64,000 nucleotides of DNA from Staphylococcus phage vB_SscM-1: sequence record NC_047767.1. The stretch is one strand, 5' to 3'. A program made the position numbers and the translations under genes. Shown piece by piece: positions 1 to 11,500 of this stretch. The notes under the pieces were generated by a model, which saw only the letters and a list, made by a program, of their open reading frames with translations, did no database searches and was not told where the DNA came from. Positions within the stretch are counted from its first letter, which is position 1. The number at the start of each line of letters is the position of its first letter.

Positions 1-432
1 TCTTTTGGAAGAGACCTAAATATAACAAGAGACGAAGGGTACTTTAATGAAAGAGGTACTAGTGACGAGATATTAGGATTTACAGGAACTTCAGGAGACT
101 TAGATACTGTTACAGGAATAGGTAATATTAAACAACAATTACAGACAAGACTTTTAACACCTAGAGGTTCTTTAATGTTACACCCTGATTATGGCTCGGA
201 CTTACATGAGTTGTTTGGAAAGAATATTCCAGAGCAAGCTGTACTTATAGAGATGGAAGTATGTAGAACAATATTGTCAGATGGAAGAGTACAGTCCGCT
301 AATAACATAGACTGGAAGATAGAGGGTAATGAATACTCAGGAACTTACAGTGTAGAACTAAAATCAGTAGAAGAATCAATAAGACTTGTATTAGAAGCAG
401 ATGAAACAGGTGTGTTTGCTCTATTTGAATAG
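1..432 (+). CDS. 3' part of a baseplate/tail structural protein. The reading frame is open from base 1, so the gene is 5'-truncated by the window edge.
   Basis: Frame 1 is open from position 1 to the stop at 432. It lies directly upstream of the baseplate genes and shares their codon usage. Confidence 0.55.
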   Translation, partial: SFGRDLNITRDEGYFNERGTSDEILGFTGTSGDLDTVTGIGNIKQQLQTRLLTPRGSLMLHPDYGSDLHELFGKNIPEQAVLIEMEVCRTILSDGRVQSANNIDWKIEGNEYSGTYSVELKSVEESIRLVLEADETGVFALFE

Positions 433-447
433 GAAGGGATAAAAGAC

Positions 448-1494
448 ATGAAAACTAGAAAACTAACACATATACTATCTAGGATGATAGATAAAACAAT
501 GATATCTACTAGTAAACTAACAGACTTCACACCCGGTTCAGCGGTAAGGTCTTTACTAGAGGCTGTATCATTAGAGATAGAACAGTTTTATATATTAACA
601 AAAGAAAATATTGAATGGGGAATAGAAGAGGGTATTATAGAGGCTTTTGACTTTGATAAGAGGCAAGAAAGAAGAGCCTATGGAGAAGTTACTTTAACAT
701 TCTATAATCCTTTAGAAGAAAGAATGTACATACCGAAAGGAACAACATTTTCTTCTACTAGACAACAGTACTCCCAACAATTTGAAACACTTGTAGACTA
801 CTATGTATCAGAAGGTTCTACAGATGCTATTGTAGAAGTCTATGCTAAAGAACCAGGTATAATAGGTAATGTACCAGAAGATACAATTAATGTCATGTCT
901 TCTGCTTCTACGCTCATTAAATCTGTAACCAATGAATACTCATTCTCTACAGGACAAGAACAAGAGACACAAGAAGAGTTAAAAAGAAGATTCCATGCAT
1001 ATGTAGAATCAAGAGGTAGAGCTACAAATAAATCTATTAGATATGGTACATTACAAGTACCAGATGTTACAGGTGTATATGTACATGAAGAAGTAGGATA
1101 TGTTAATGTATATGCACATGATAAAAATGGTAATCTACCTATAGAAATGAGACAGGATATTATATCATCTATAGAGGACTATAGACCTAGTGGTATTAAA
1201 TTAGATGTAACACCGGTAGTAAAATTAGATACAGATGTTACAGTTAAAGTTACAATATCTAATAAAGCAAGAATAGGAGAATCATTACAATTACACGTAG
1301 AGAGTGTTATAAGAGGTTATTTAAATAATATGGGTGTATCTGATAACTTTGTACTAGCTGACTTAACACAAGCTATTATGAATATCGATGACATACTTAT
1401 ATACGATGTAAGTTTTACAACACCTCAAAGTAATATTACAACTAAACCAGAAGAAATTATAAGAGCAGGAAAAATATCAGTAGAGCTTGTATAA
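448..1494 (+). CDS. Baseplate structural protein, 348 aa. Its position matches a baseplate J/wedge-like gene in SPO1/Twort-like phages.
   Basis: RBS GGAAGGGA before the ATG. It is translationally coupled with the neighbouring structural genes. The assignment is by synteny only. Confidence 0.4.
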   Translation: MKTRKLTHILSRMIDKTMISTSKLTDFTPGSAVRSLLEAVSLEIEQFYILTKENIEWGIEEGIIEAFDFDKRQERRAYGEVTLTFYNPLEERMYIPKGTTFSSTRQQYSQQFETLVDYYVSEGSTDAIVEVYAKEPGIIGNVPEDTINVMSSASTLIKSVTNEYSFSTGQEQETQEELKRRFHAYVESRGRATNKSIRYGTLQVPDVTGVYVHEEVGYVNVYAHDKNGNLPIEMRQDIISSIEDYRPSGIKLDVTPVVKLDTDVTVKVTISNKARIGESLQLHVESVIRGYLNNMGVSDNFVLADLTQAIMNIDDILIYDVSFTTPQSNITTKPEEIIRAGKISVELV

Positions 1495-1506
1495 GGAGGA
1501 TAAAAT

Positions 1507-4500
1507 GTGAGTAATTTTTTAAAAAATCTACATCCATTATTAAGACGTAAGAAAAACCCTAAAGATAATGAAGATGTAAACTACGCTTTGATTAAAGTGT
1601 TAAATGAAGAAATGAATTTAATAGAGCAAGATGCTATTGAGAGTAAACTACAATCCTCCCTTAAATCTTCTACAGGTACTTATTTAGATAACTTCGGAGA
1701 TTGGTTTGGAGTGTATCGTAAAAAAGACGAAGATGATGAGAAATATAGAGCTAGAATTATTAAATATTTACTCTTGAAAAGAGGAACAAATAATGCTATA
1801 ATAGAAGCTATAAAGGATTACCTAGAAGATAGTAATGTAGACGTTAGTATTTATGAACCTTTTAGAAACATCTTTTATACAAACAAATCACACTTAAATG
1901 GTCATGACCATTTAATGGGTTACTACTACAACTTTGCTATTATTAATGTTTCTATCGGAAGCTATTTCCCTATGGAGATTGTAGATGTTATAAATGAATT
2001 TAAGCCAGCAGGTGTAAAGTTCTATGTAACATACGATGGAGGAGGTACTAATACAGGTAACTCAGTTATTAAGGTTCTAGATGAACCAGTTAGTATTGAT
2101 GTATACCAAAATATAGATAGACTTAGCGGGTACTCTGAAACTTTTTACGGTCATATTAATATGGGATTAAGAAAAGTTAGTTATGACAGTAAAACAGATA
2201 TATTTAAAACCAATAATAGTAAAATTAATAGTAATGATGTGTTAACAGGTTCCTCTAGTATAGGTAGAGCATTTCATAACTACGCATACAAGACAAACTT
2301 TGTATATAATCCTACTAGAACATCTACTGTATCCGAGATACAAAAGGTACTAGATGAAAAAGGTAGAGAGTTACCTTTAGAATATTATATCAATACCACA
2401 GAAAAGAATAGAGCATCAGTATACCTAGATATAGAGTCTACAACAGGTACATCTTTTATATATAATAACTTAAATTTAAGAGAATACTTTAGCCAGTACA
2501 AACCGGAATTACTACAAGGGGATACACAGGATATTAAAAATGCTATATCTTCTTATGTAGGAGTAGCAACATTTGATTTATTCATGGAGGCTTTAATTTC
2601 TCCTGATGATGTTGTATCTACACAAACACAAGTATTTGATTTCTCAATAGGTAAATGGGTAACAATAAATAGTAGTGAAATAACTTATGGTATGAAAAAT
2701 GTAGGAGCAGAGCTAGGATATATAAAAGACTACATGAATAATGAGCTTAACATGTTCACAAGAGTTTCTATAGCATCTTCAAGTGATGTCACAGTTAATA
2801 TAAATTATCTAGACCTACTATTTTACCATTATACACCAGATGTTTATACAGTTAAACCTTATAAAGGTCTAATAGAGTACTATATAGAACTAGATAGGTT
2901 AAGTTATGTAGACGCTTTTAAAGTAGCTTCATTAAACAATGGGGATATCATTTCAAAAGTAGGATATGAACCTATGGGGTATGTTAGGGTAGTTGGAGAG
3001 TCTAATGAGCCTAAAAATATAATTCATATAAACGATACAGCAGAGCCTCCAATACCTGTGTATGAATTTCAAATAATAACTGATGAAAATGATGTATTTA
3101 ATTATAGGGATACTAAATATTTAATTGAGTTTGATATAGCAGGAGAAGATGCTAGTTTTGTGAAAGATTTATATGTTTACCCTGCTTTTATTTTAGAAGA
3201 CTTTAGTGATTATAGTATAATAAATAGTACAGGTGCTAAAGTATCTATTACTAATACTAAAGGTAGAGCTATAGTAGAAGTTCCTAGTTATGTAGATTTT
3301 GAAAAGTATACCAAGATGTTTATTCAACTAAGTACTTATAATTATCAAGAAAGAGAAGACTTAAAACCAGGTGAAGTAATATATGCAGAGCCATATAAAA
3401 TAAGTTTTAATAACATTACAGTTCAAGATATTTATGAAAGTACAGACCAAGCACCAGACCCAACAACTAGAATAAATAATGCTTTTGTTGATAATAGAAC
3501 AATAGACGGTACACCAGGTAGAGGGAACTCAGGACAAGATGGTAATATCTTGCATAATGAAGCCTATACTCTTAAAACACCAGGAGTTTACAACCCTAAA
3601 GAGTATAAGATACTAGATAATATAACTTTTAGAAAACCTATTGAAACTGGTAAAACCTACACAGTCCAAATTAAAGGTAAGTTAGGTTCTGATAGGACTG
3701 GGTGGGGTGTATATAACTCTAGTGGGTATATGAATGAACTATATGGAAATGGTAGTGGTACTATTAATGAAAACGACTATAATCCAAAAACTGGGATATA
3801 TACTAAAACATTTGTAGCCCCTGAACCAGACCCTACAACTGGTAATCATAGAGAACGATTAAATACGGATATAGAAATATATCAATTCCCTAAAAGTGGA
3901 ACTAGTCAAAGTACAATAGAATGGATAAAGATAGAAGAGGGTTCACAAGCTACTAAAGCAGGGTACCAGTTTGCTTATTATACAATGGCTTATTTACCTA
4001 AAGGTGAATACGATATATATTATAAAGCAAAGGTAGAGGTACAAGAAGGGGAATTAGATATGGTAACCATACTAGATTTCCCTAATACTATAACAAACAC
4101 AGACCCTAAATTTTTCGTACCAATAGAAAATGGATATGTAAAAGGTAAGATATCTGTAAACCGTACAGACACCGAAGGTAGATTACTAATATATGCCGGA
4201 CTAGCAGGAGCAACAGCAGGGAATAAGATTAGGTTCAGTGAGTTAGAGGTTTACTATTCTACAGACCCCGTAGGATATGTAGAGAACGAGATTATATTAA
4301 AAGATTCCTCTGGAAATATATTACCTACAGAAAAAGTTTACACAGAATATACCACACCTAATAGTGTATATAATGGTCAAAAAACTTATAATTACTCTGT
4401 TATGTTGCATGGTTCTTATACTAATATTGCAGAAATAGAATTCAGAGGTAAAGGTAAGGTAGATAATCTCAAATTGCAATACACTAGATATCCTATACCT

Positions 4501-5034
4501 AGTTCATGGAATACTCTATATGAAGCTGATACTATAGAACCTAACCCAGATTCATTTAGTTTAAAATATGATAATGAGTTAAGAGACTTATACGGATTAG
4601 AACTTATAGATTACTCTAGATTAAATGCCTTTTCACTTGTCAAATTACAATCTTTATGGGATACTACTATAGAGGAAATAACAAGCTCTACAGGTACATT
4701 TACAGATATGCCGGATAGCTATTTTAATGCTACATGGCAATATATAGATAGACTAGATGAAATTACTATAGGTAGTATGAGTATTCTTGATGACATAGCA
4801 GGAGGAATGATAGATAACTCTATACAGACTGTAACTGTAAGAAGAAAACCTACTATAAGTCAATATACAGATACAGATAATAATTCCGTAGCAGAACCTC
4901 AGTATACAGAGGACATAACAATGGGTTCCCCTAGAAGGATTAATGAATTAAGTGAAGTAACTATGATAGATGAGACAATTAATATAGATAGAAGAATAAA
5001 AGTTATAGATACCTATACAGAGCAAAAAACATAA
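1507..5034 (+). CDS. Large baseplate/tail morphogenetic structural protein, 1175 aa.
   Basis: GTG start 6 nt after GGAGGA. The size and position are typical of myovirus baseplate/tail-fibre network proteins. No enzymatic motif was recognised. Confidence 0.5.
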   Translation: MSNFLKNLHPLLRRKKNPKDNEDVNYALIKVLNEEMNLIEQDAIESKLQSSLKSSTGTYLDNFGDWFGVYRKKDEDDEKYRARIIKYLLLKRGTNNAIIEAIKDYLEDSNVDVSIYEPFRNIFYTNKSHLNGHDHLMGYYYNFAIINVSIGSYFPMEIVDVINEFKPAGVKFYVTYDGGGTNTGNSVIKVLDEPVSIDVYQNIDRLSGYSETFYGHINMGLRKVSYDSKTDIFKTNNSKINSNDVLTGSSSIGRAFHNYAYKTNFVYNPTRTSTVSEIQKVLDEKGRELPLEYYINTTEKNRASVYLDIESTTGTSFIYNNLNLREYFSQYKPELLQGDTQDIKNAISSYVGVATFDLFMEALISPDDVVSTQTQVFDFSIGKWVTINSSEITYGMKNVGAELGYIKDYMNNELNMFTRVSIASSSDVTVNINYLDLLFYHYTPDVYTVKPYKGLIEYYIELDRLSYVDAFKVASLNNGDIISKVGYEPMGYVRVVGESNEPKNIIHINDTAEPPIPVYEFQIITDENDVFNYRDTKYLIEFDIAGEDASFVKDLYVYPAFILEDFSDYSIINSTGAKVSITNTKGRAIVEVPSYVDFEKYTKMFIQLSTYNYQEREDLKPGEVIYAEPYKISFNNITVQDIYESTDQAPDPTTRINNAFVDNRTIDGTPGRGNSGQDGNILHNEAYTLKTPGVYNPKEYKILDNITFRKPIETGKTYTVQIKGKLGSDRTGWGVYNSSGYMNELYGNGSGTINENDYNPKTGIYTKTFVAPEPDPTTGNHRERLNTDIEIYQFPKSGTSQSTIEWIKIEEGSQATKAGYQFAYYTMAYLPKGEYDIYYKAKVEVQEGELDMVTILDFPNTITNTDPKFFVPIENGYVKGKISVNRTDTEGRLLIYAGLAGATAGNKIRFSELEVYYSTDPVGYVENEIILKDSSGNILPTEKVYTEYTTPNSVYNGQKTYNYSVMLHGSYTNIAEIEFRGKGKVDNLKLQYTRYPIPSSWNTLYEADTIEPNPDSFSLKYDNELRDLYGLELIDYSRLNAFSLVKLQSLWDTTIEEITSSTGTFTDMPDSYFNATWQYIDRLDEITIGSMSILDDIAGGMIDNSIQTVTVRRKPTISQYTDTDNNSVAEPQYTEDITMGSPRRINELSEVTMIDETINIDRRIKVIDTYTEQKT

Positions 5035-5081
5035 TATTTATAATACAGGTATGTAAACTTTAAAAATATTCAGGTATATAG

Positions 5082-5110
5082 TTGACACATAAGTATAATT
5101 GTGTTATAAT
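5082..5110 (+). promoter_or_regulatory. Sigma-A consensus promoter: TTGACA, 17 bp spacer, TATAAT.
   Basis: TTGACA at 5082-5087 and TATAAT at 5105-5110. A second TATAAT lies at 5094-5099. Confidence 0.6.
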
Positions 5111-5193
5111 ATATGTATGCTTAACTATATACCTGTTATATTAATTACGAGCATAAAAACAAACAAAATAGTTTATGAAAGGAATTAATAACT

Positions 5194-5715
5194 ATGGCAA
5201 TAGCAACTTATAATTCAAGTGTAGAATTAGCTAAATATTTAGTTAGTAAAGCAGATTCTACATATCTAACGATTGGTAAAACAACTCCGTGGTCAAATGA
5301 AACAAAACCACCACAACCAGATGAAAACACAACAGCACTACAAGAGGTAATAGGGTATAAAAAGGCAACTAAAGTAACACTTGTAAGACCTTTTCAGACT
5401 CCTCAAGATGATGGAAAAGATACAATTTCTTATGGAAATACAGAATGGGTTATTGTACCTACAGAGAAAGCAACAGAAGAGGGAGCTAAGTGGCTCTATT
5501 TAGAAAGTGAAGTTGTTGGAGATGAGTTACCTTTAGGAACTTATAGACAAGTAGGATTTGTAATTGACCTTGTACCAAAAACAGGTATTAATAAGTTTAA
5601 CTTACTTCCTAGTGAAGTACAGAACACAGGAACATTAATGTTCTTTGATAACAAACAGTTCCAAAATAGAACAGAGCAAGTAACATCAAAAGAGAGAATG
5701 GTTATTCAGATTTAA
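5194..5715 (+). CDS. Tail/baseplate-associated structural protein, 173 aa.
   Basis: RBS, position inside the structural module. Confidence 0.4.
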   Translation: MAIATYNSSVELAKYLVSKADSTYLTIGKTTPWSNETKPPQPDENTTALQEVIGYKKATKVTLVRPFQTPQDDGKDTISYGNTEWVIVPTEKATEEGAKWLYLESEVVGDELPLGTYRQVGFVIDLVPKTGINKFNLLPSEVQNTGTLMFFDNKQFQNRTEQVTSKERMVIQI

Positions 5716-5732
5716 GAAAGGGAGATTAATTG

Positions 5733-8700
5733 ATGGCATATAATTTTAGTTCAACACCATATTTAGATAGGTTTAATCCAGCTAAACACCATACAAGAGT
5801 ATTGTTTAACCCAGATAGACCTTTACAACAGTCTGAACTTAATGAAATGCAATCTATACAAACCTATTACCTTAAAAATTTAGGAGACTCTATTTTTAAA
5901 GACGGAGATAAACAATCAGGCTTAGATTTTACCTTAGATACAAACAAGGTACTGAAAGTAAATCCAGGGTATGTATATATTGATGGTAAATTAAGATACT
6001 ACAATAGTGAGTCTACAGTAAGACTTACAGGAGTAGGAAGAGAAACAGTTGGAATTAAGATAGAAGAAAGAATTGTAACACCTGATGAGGATAGTTCATT
6101 ATTAGACCAAACAAGTGGAGTACCTAGTCATTTTTCTAAAGGTGCAGACCGTTTAGAAGAGAAAATGACTCTAACATTAAATGACCCTACCTCAGCTACA
6201 ATTTATACATTCCAAGATGGGGATTTATATATTAAAGCTACAAGTCCAGAGATGGATAGAATTAATAAGGTACTAGCAGAACGTACTTACGATGAGTCAG
6301 GTTCATATAAAGTAAGTGGATTTGAATTATTCTCAGAGGGTAATGCTGTAGATGAAGACCATATATCACTTGTAGTAGATGCAGGGAAAGCATACGTATT
6401 AGGTTATAGTGTTAATAAACCTGTATCAACAAGAATTAATGTACCTAAATCATATGAACTAGGTACATCTGAGAACGAAAGTACAATATTTAATACCTCT
6501 ACAGGTTCTATTAGCTTAGCTAACTCACCTGTAAAAGATATTAATAGAGTTACAGCTCAAGTATTAGTAGATAAAGAGAGAGTAACAAGAGGAGCTATTG
6601 GAGATGGTCAAGACTACCTCTCTAACAACACAGCCTTTGAAGTTGTAAAAGTATGGACTGAAACAAGCCCAGGACAAACAACTAAGGAATACAAACAAGG
6701 TGAAGATTTTAGATTAATAGACGGACAAGCAATTGATTGGTCACCTTCTGGTCAAGAACCAAGTGGAGGTACAAGTTATTATGTATCTTATAAATACAAT
6801 AAACGTATGACAAAAGATGTAGACTATACAGTTACTACTACAGGTGAAGGTGTAGGTAAGAAATGGTACTTAAACTTTACACCATCTGGAGGAGCTAAAC
6901 CGATTGACCAAACAGTTGTATTGGTAGACTATACTTACTATTTAGCTCGTAAAGATGCTGTAGTACTAGACAAAGAAGGTAACATAACTGTAATAGCAGG
7001 ACAACCAAATATTTTAAGACTTGTTTCACAACCTATAAGAATTGACCCTAATACATTACAGTTAGGAACAATTACAGTTCTCCCAGATTCAGAAGATGCA
7101 GAGTGTTTAACTTATGCAGTAACTAGACTATCTATGGAAGACTTACAGAAGGTTAAAAAACGTGTAGATGATTTAGAAATAAATCAAGCTATAAACGCTT
7201 TAGATGATGGAGCTATGGAAGGTCAAAACCCTCTAACACTACGTTCAGTATTTAGTGAAGGTTTCATTAGTTTAGATAAGGCAGATATTACTCATCCAGA
7301 CTTTGGGGTAGTATTTAGTTTTGAGGATGCAGAAGCAACACTAGCTTATACAGAACAAGTAAATGCACCTGATATTATAGAAGGGGTATCTACAGCTCAC
7401 GTATGGGGTAGATTAGTCTCAGCACCATTCACAGAAGAGAGAACAATCTATCAAGGACAAGCTTCTGAAACGATGAATGTTAATCCTTATAATATACCTA
7501 ATAAACAAGGGGTATTAAAATTAACACCAAGTGAAGATAACTGGATAGAAACAGAAAATGTAACTATCACAGAACAAAAAACTAAGAAGATTACTATGAA
7601 CAGATTCTGGAGACATGGTGCTTCTCACTATAACGAAACAGAACACTATTTATACTCTAACTTACAATTAGATGCAGGTCAAGTATGGGAAGGTAAGTCA
7701 TACTCTTATGATAAAACTCATGGGCGTACAGGTACGCTTCTAGAGTCTGGAGGTCAACGTACTTTAGAGGAAATGATTGAGTTTATTAGACAAAGAGATG
7801 TTAAGTTTACTGTAAAAGGATTACATCCTAATGACAATAACCTAGTATTACTCTTCGATGGTGTTAGATGTGCTATAACACCTGATACAGGATATAGAAA
7901 AGGCTCAGAAGATGGAAGCATTATGACAGATGCTAAAGGGGTAGCAAAAGGTACATTCAGAATACCTCCAGGTATCCGTTGCGGTAACAGAGAAGTAACA
8001 CTTAAGAACGTAGATTCTACAAGTTCTACAACTTACTCAGCACATGGTCGTAAGAAAATAACACAGGATATTATTCTTAGAACAAGAGTTACAGTTAACT
8101 TGGTAGACCCATTAGCACAGTCATTCCAGTACGATGAAAACAGAACTATTTCATCTGTAGGATTATACTTTGCTAGTAAAGGTGATGCAAGTTCTAACGT
8201 ACTAGTACAGATTCGTGGAATGGGTGACCAAGGTTTCCCTAATAAAACAATCTATGCAGAAACGGTTATGAACGCAAGTGATATTAAAGTATCTAACAAT
8301 GCTAGTGCAGAAACAAGAGTATACTTTGAAGACCCTATGATGGCAGAAGCAGGTAAGGAATATGCTATTGTTATCATTACAGAGTCGGATGCTTATACAA
8401 TGTGGTTAGGTACTAGAACTAAACCGAAGATTGATAAGCCTAATGAAATCATCTCAGGTAACCCTTACGTTCAAGGTGTTCTATTCAGTTCATCTAACGC
8501 ATCTACATGGACTCCTCACCAAAACTCCGACCTTAAATTTGGGGTGTATACTTCTAAATTTGATGAGACAGCTACAATAGAGTTTGATTCTATTAAAAGC
8601 GTAGAAGCAGACAGAATCGTATTAATGTCTACTTACTTGACTCCTGATAATACAGGGTGTAGCTGGGAGATTAAGATTATCTTTGACGACATGGATGAGA

Positions 8701-9191
8701 ATGTAACATTTGACTCTATTGAATGGCAACCAATTGGTAATTATCAAGATACAGAGCTTTTAGGACTAGCAAGAGAAGTTAAACTTAAAGCTACATTTAA
8801 GTCTAACAGATATATCTCACCATTAATGAGTGTTAGTGATTTAACGTTTACTACATTCTTAACAGAGCTAAAAGGTTCTTATGTAGGAAGAGCTATTGAT
8901 ATGTCAGAAGCTCCTTATAACACAATCAGATTTAGTTATGAAGCATTCCTTCCTAAAGGTACTAAAGTAGTACCTAGATATTCTGATGACGATGGTAAAA
9001 CATGGAAAACATTTACTAAAGCACCTACTATTAAGAGAACAAATAACGAGTTCTCTCAATATGTAATAGATGAAAAAGTAAAATCATCAGGTAAAAATAC
9101 GAAGCTCCAAGTAAGACTAGATTTATCTACTGAGAATAGCTTCTTAAGACCAAGAGTAAGAAGACTAATGGTCACAACTCGTGATGAGTAA
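5733..9191 (+). CDS. Tail fibre / adsorption-associated protein, 1152 aa.
   Basis: AAGGGAG RBS 8 nt before the ATG at 5733. It is a very large structural ORF followed by an intrinsic terminator. In related phages this position holds the long tail fibre / adsorption protein. Confidence 0.5.
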   Translation: MAYNFSSTPYLDRFNPAKHHTRVLFNPDRPLQQSELNEMQSIQTYYLKNLGDSIFKDGDKQSGLDFTLDTNKVLKVNPGYVYIDGKLRYYNSESTVRLTGVGRETVGIKIEERIVTPDEDSSLLDQTSGVPSHFSKGADRLEEKMTLTLNDPTSATIYTFQDGDLYIKATSPEMDRINKVLAERTYDESGSYKVSGFELFSEGNAVDEDHISLVVDAGKAYVLGYSVNKPVSTRINVPKSYELGTSENESTIFNTSTGSISLANSPVKDINRVTAQVLVDKERVTRGAIGDGQDYLSNNTAFEVVKVWTETSPGQTTKEYKQGEDFRLIDGQAIDWSPSGQEPSGGTSYYVSYKYNKRMTKDVDYTVTTTGEGVGKKWYLNFTPSGGAKPIDQTVVLVDYTYYLARKDAVVLDKEGNITVIAGQPNILRLVSQPIRIDPNTLQLGTITVLPDSEDAECLTYAVTRLSMEDLQKVKKRVDDLEINQAINALDDGAMEGQNPLTLRSVFSEGFISLDKADITHPDFGVVFSFEDAEATLAYTEQVNAPDIIEGVSTAHVWGRLVSAPFTEERTIYQGQASETMNVNPYNIPNKQGVLKLTPSEDNWIETENVTITEQKTKKITMNRFWRHGASHYNETEHYLYSNLQLDAGQVWEGKSYSYDKTHGRTGTLLESGGQRTLEEMIEFIRQRDVKFTVKGLHPNDNNLVLLFDGVRCAITPDTGYRKGSEDGSIMTDAKGVAKGTFRIPPGIRCGNREVTLKNVDSTSSTTYSAHGRKKITQDIILRTRVTVNLVDPLAQSFQYDENRTISSVGLYFASKGDASSNVLVQIRGMGDQGFPNKTIYAETVMNASDIKVSNNASAETRVYFEDPMMAEAGKEYAIVIITESDAYTMWLGTRTKPKIDKPNEIISGNPYVQGVLFSSSNASTWTPHQNSDLKFGVYTSKFDETATIEFDSIKSVEADRIVLMSTYLTPDNTGCSWEIKIIFDDMDENVTFDSIEWQPIGNYQDTELLGLAREVKLKATFKSNRYISPLMSVSDLTFTTFLTELKGSYVGRAIDMSEAPYNTIRFSYEAFLPKGTKVVPRYSDDDGKTWKTFTKAPTIKRTNNEFSQYVIDEKVKSSGKNTKLQVRLDLSTENSFLRPRVRRLMVTTRDE

Positions 9192-9194
9192 ATT

Positions 9195-9217
9195 GAGGGG
9201 CTTTGCCCCTCTTTTTT
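9195..9217 (+). terminator. Rho-independent terminator.
   Basis: A GAGGGGC-TTT-GCCCCTC hairpin is followed by TTTTTT, immediately after the stop at 9191. Confidence 0.75.
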
Positions 9218-9244
9218 CTACATAATAAAAAAAGGAGAGGTAAT

Positions 9245-9406
9245 ATGCCACAAGAATATAGAGACCCTTATTCAAAAGCTAAGTTGTTTATACCTACTCA
9301 ACAAGAGAAGACAATTTCTCAAATGGAGGAAGAATTAAGGGATAAGCTATCCCAAGTTGATGAAGTATTAGCAAGATTGAATAAAGCAGAGAAAGGAAAT
9401 AAATAA
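9245..9406 (+). CDS. Small hypothetical protein, 53 aa.
   Basis: AAAGGAGAGG RBS 5 nt upstream of the ATG at 9245. The earlier start in the ORF track has no RBS. Confidence 0.4.
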   Translation: MPQEYRDPYSKAKLFIPTQQEKTISQMEEELRDKLSQVDEVLARLNKAEKGNK

Positions 9407-9407
9407 T

Positions 9408-11138
9408 ATGAGTTTTTCATTTGTAAGCATAAAAGAAACTGATAGACTTAAAGATGTATACCCCAAGATAAATGCAATAGGGGAAGAGTTAAGTAAACCT
9501 AACAGTATTTATAAACAATTAAATGATTTAAAAACTACTGTATCCAAGTATCAAACGTACAAGTTGACAACAGATACAGGACAATATACAAGTGGTCAAG
9601 TTATTAATTTAGATACAGTACAGGGTTCTAAGACAGTATATGGTACAATCACTAATCCACCTAAAGGACTTTCAGGAGAAGGGTGGATAAGTTATAAAGA
9701 GTCAGAAGGTTCTAATACCACTCTTGTAAACTTTTACCCGATAGATAGTGATAGTATATATACTAAAGTACGTAAATTACCTAAGCAAACACAAAACCCT
9801 AACTTATTACATGATACAACATTCTCAGGATTACCTATGTATGGTTCTTACACATTACCCGAAGGTGTATGGTGGGATACTAATGGGGATAGAACTACAG
9901 TTAACTACCCAGACCCTACCGTTAAATATCAAGGTATTAATACAGTAAGATTACAAGATACATCTACAACTTACCCTATGTTAAGACATAAAGGTTTAGA
10001 GGTAGGTAAAGATGTAAATATAGGAGATAAAGTAACACTTAGTGTGTATGTTTATACACCGGATAAGTCATTATTTAATGGGAATAACGCCTATATTACA
10101 ATAACAGGATATCCCGGTGAAATAGGTTCTAGTAACACTAGCTTAGCTACAACTACTGTATATGAAAGTGATTTGGAAAATAGCCAATGGAAAAAACTAA
10201 CATGTACAGCTACAGTTCCAAGTACAGTAGGGGGTTCACCTATACAATATGTTAGTGCCATGTTAAGACTAAGCTTAACTAAAGGTGGTTTTGATAATGG
10301 ACTTAAAGTTTATTATGCACTACCTAAGTTAGAAAAGGGCACGGTAGCAACACCTTATGTATCACACCCGGACGATAAGATACAGTTTAATGAGCTATGG
10401 TCAGAGTGGTCGGAACAAAAGAGTAAGTTACAATCAACTAATGATAGTGTTACGGATATACATTATGATAACTACTTTAAGTATGCATGGTGGAGAGATA
10501 AAGTAGGTACTAGAACCTTACAAGATTTAGCCTATGAATTACCACAAGGGTTCCATACATTCTATGCACAAAGAGGTATACCAGGAATATTACCGGATGC
10601 TAGTATTAGAGGTATGATTAATGTAGACTATGATGAAGGGCATATAGATTCTAAGTATAAATTCGTTCAAATGTATTATATGGATTATTTTGGTAACTTC
10701 TATACTCAATATTACGATGCTAATAAAGGTTGGTATGAACCTATAAAAAGTATTGGTTCAAAAGAACTTTGGACTGGTACACAAGACATCGGTAGTAACC
10801 TTAACTATATATTTAATTTACAAGATAATATAAATAATTACGATTATATAGAGATTGAATATTATACAAATAGTTCAAGCAGATTTACCGAAACTAGAAA
10901 GTTAAAAGTTTTAAGTAATTCTGCATTAGCTATTACAACTACTAGAATGGATGCTCATGACCCTACAGGTACATCTATAAGTACATGGCAAGCAGAGTTT
11001 TCCATAGATAATAACACTCAAATAACAGCTAAATATTGTAAACGTATACTTGTTAATGCTAGTGGTAATAGTTCTGTACTTGGTCAAAATACCTCAGGAT
11101 TATTTACAATAAAACGTATCGTAGGGATTAAGGAATAG
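9408..11138 (+). CDS. Receptor-binding / tail-fibre protein, 576 aa.
   Basis: Translationally coupled to the upstream gene. The size and position match the first RBP of Twort-like/SPO1-like phages. Confidence 0.45.
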   Translation: MSFSFVSIKETDRLKDVYPKINAIGEELSKPNSIYKQLNDLKTTVSKYQTYKLTTDTGQYTSGQVINLDTVQGSKTVYGTITNPPKGLSGEGWISYKESEGSNTTLVNFYPIDSDSIYTKVRKLPKQTQNPNLLHDTTFSGLPMYGSYTLPEGVWWDTNGDRTTVNYPDPTVKYQGINTVRLQDTSTTYPMLRHKGLEVGKDVNIGDKVTLSVYVYTPDKSLFNGNNAYITITGYPGEIGSSNTSLATTTVYESDLENSQWKKLTCTATVPSTVGGSPIQYVSAMLRLSLTKGGFDNGLKVYYALPKLEKGTVATPYVSHPDDKIQFNELWSEWSEQKSKLQSTNDSVTDIHYDNYFKYAWWRDKVGTRTLQDLAYELPQGFHTFYAQRGIPGILPDASIRGMINVDYDEGHIDSKYKFVQMYYMDYFGNFYTQYYDANKGWYEPIKSIGSKELWTGTQDIGSNLNYIFNLQDNINNYDYIEIEYYTNSSSRFTETRKLKVLSNSALAITTTRMDAHDPTGTSISTWQAEFSIDNNTQITAKYCKRILVNASGNSSVLGQNTSGLFTIKRIVGIKE

Positions 11139-11150
11139 GAGGATAATAAA

Positions 11151-11498
11151 TTGAAATATATAAATGTAAAACAAGATGGTTACCTAGGTATAAACATTAA
11201 TAATGATACTAGAGTAATAAATGGTTATGTGTTATCCGGTGGGGTAGGAGAGCAAGATATTATTATCCATGAGAGCGTATTACCTTATAATTTCTATGAC
11301 GAGTTTATTGTAGGTAAATTTAAGTATTATAGAGAGACGGGTGAAGTTATAGAGGACTATAACTTCGTACCTCCTAACTACGATATACAAGAACCTATAC
11401 CGGAACAAGAAACAGTATCTAAAGAAGAATTTGATAGTTTAAAAAATGAATTAGATGAAATGAGAAAACTATTAGAGAAATTATTAGGAGGTAAATAA
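11151..11498 (+). CDS. Small protein with a C-terminal coiled coil, 115 aa. Possibly a tail-fibre assembly factor.
   Basis: TTG start 8 nt after AGGAGG. Heptad-like C-terminus (KNELDEMRKLLEKLL). Confidence 0.35.
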   Translation: MKYINVKQDGYLGININNDTRVINGYVLSGGVGEQDIIIHESVLPYNFYDEFIVGKFKYYRETGEVIEDYNFVPPNYDIQEPIPEQETVSKEEFDSLKNELDEMRKLLEKLLGGK

Positions 11499-11500
11499 TA

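Noticed and set aside
9748-9948. 66-aa plus-strand ORF inside the 576-aa receptor-binding protein gene.
   Set aside because: It is an alternative frame nested in a well-supported large CDS. It has no RBS and an odd composition.
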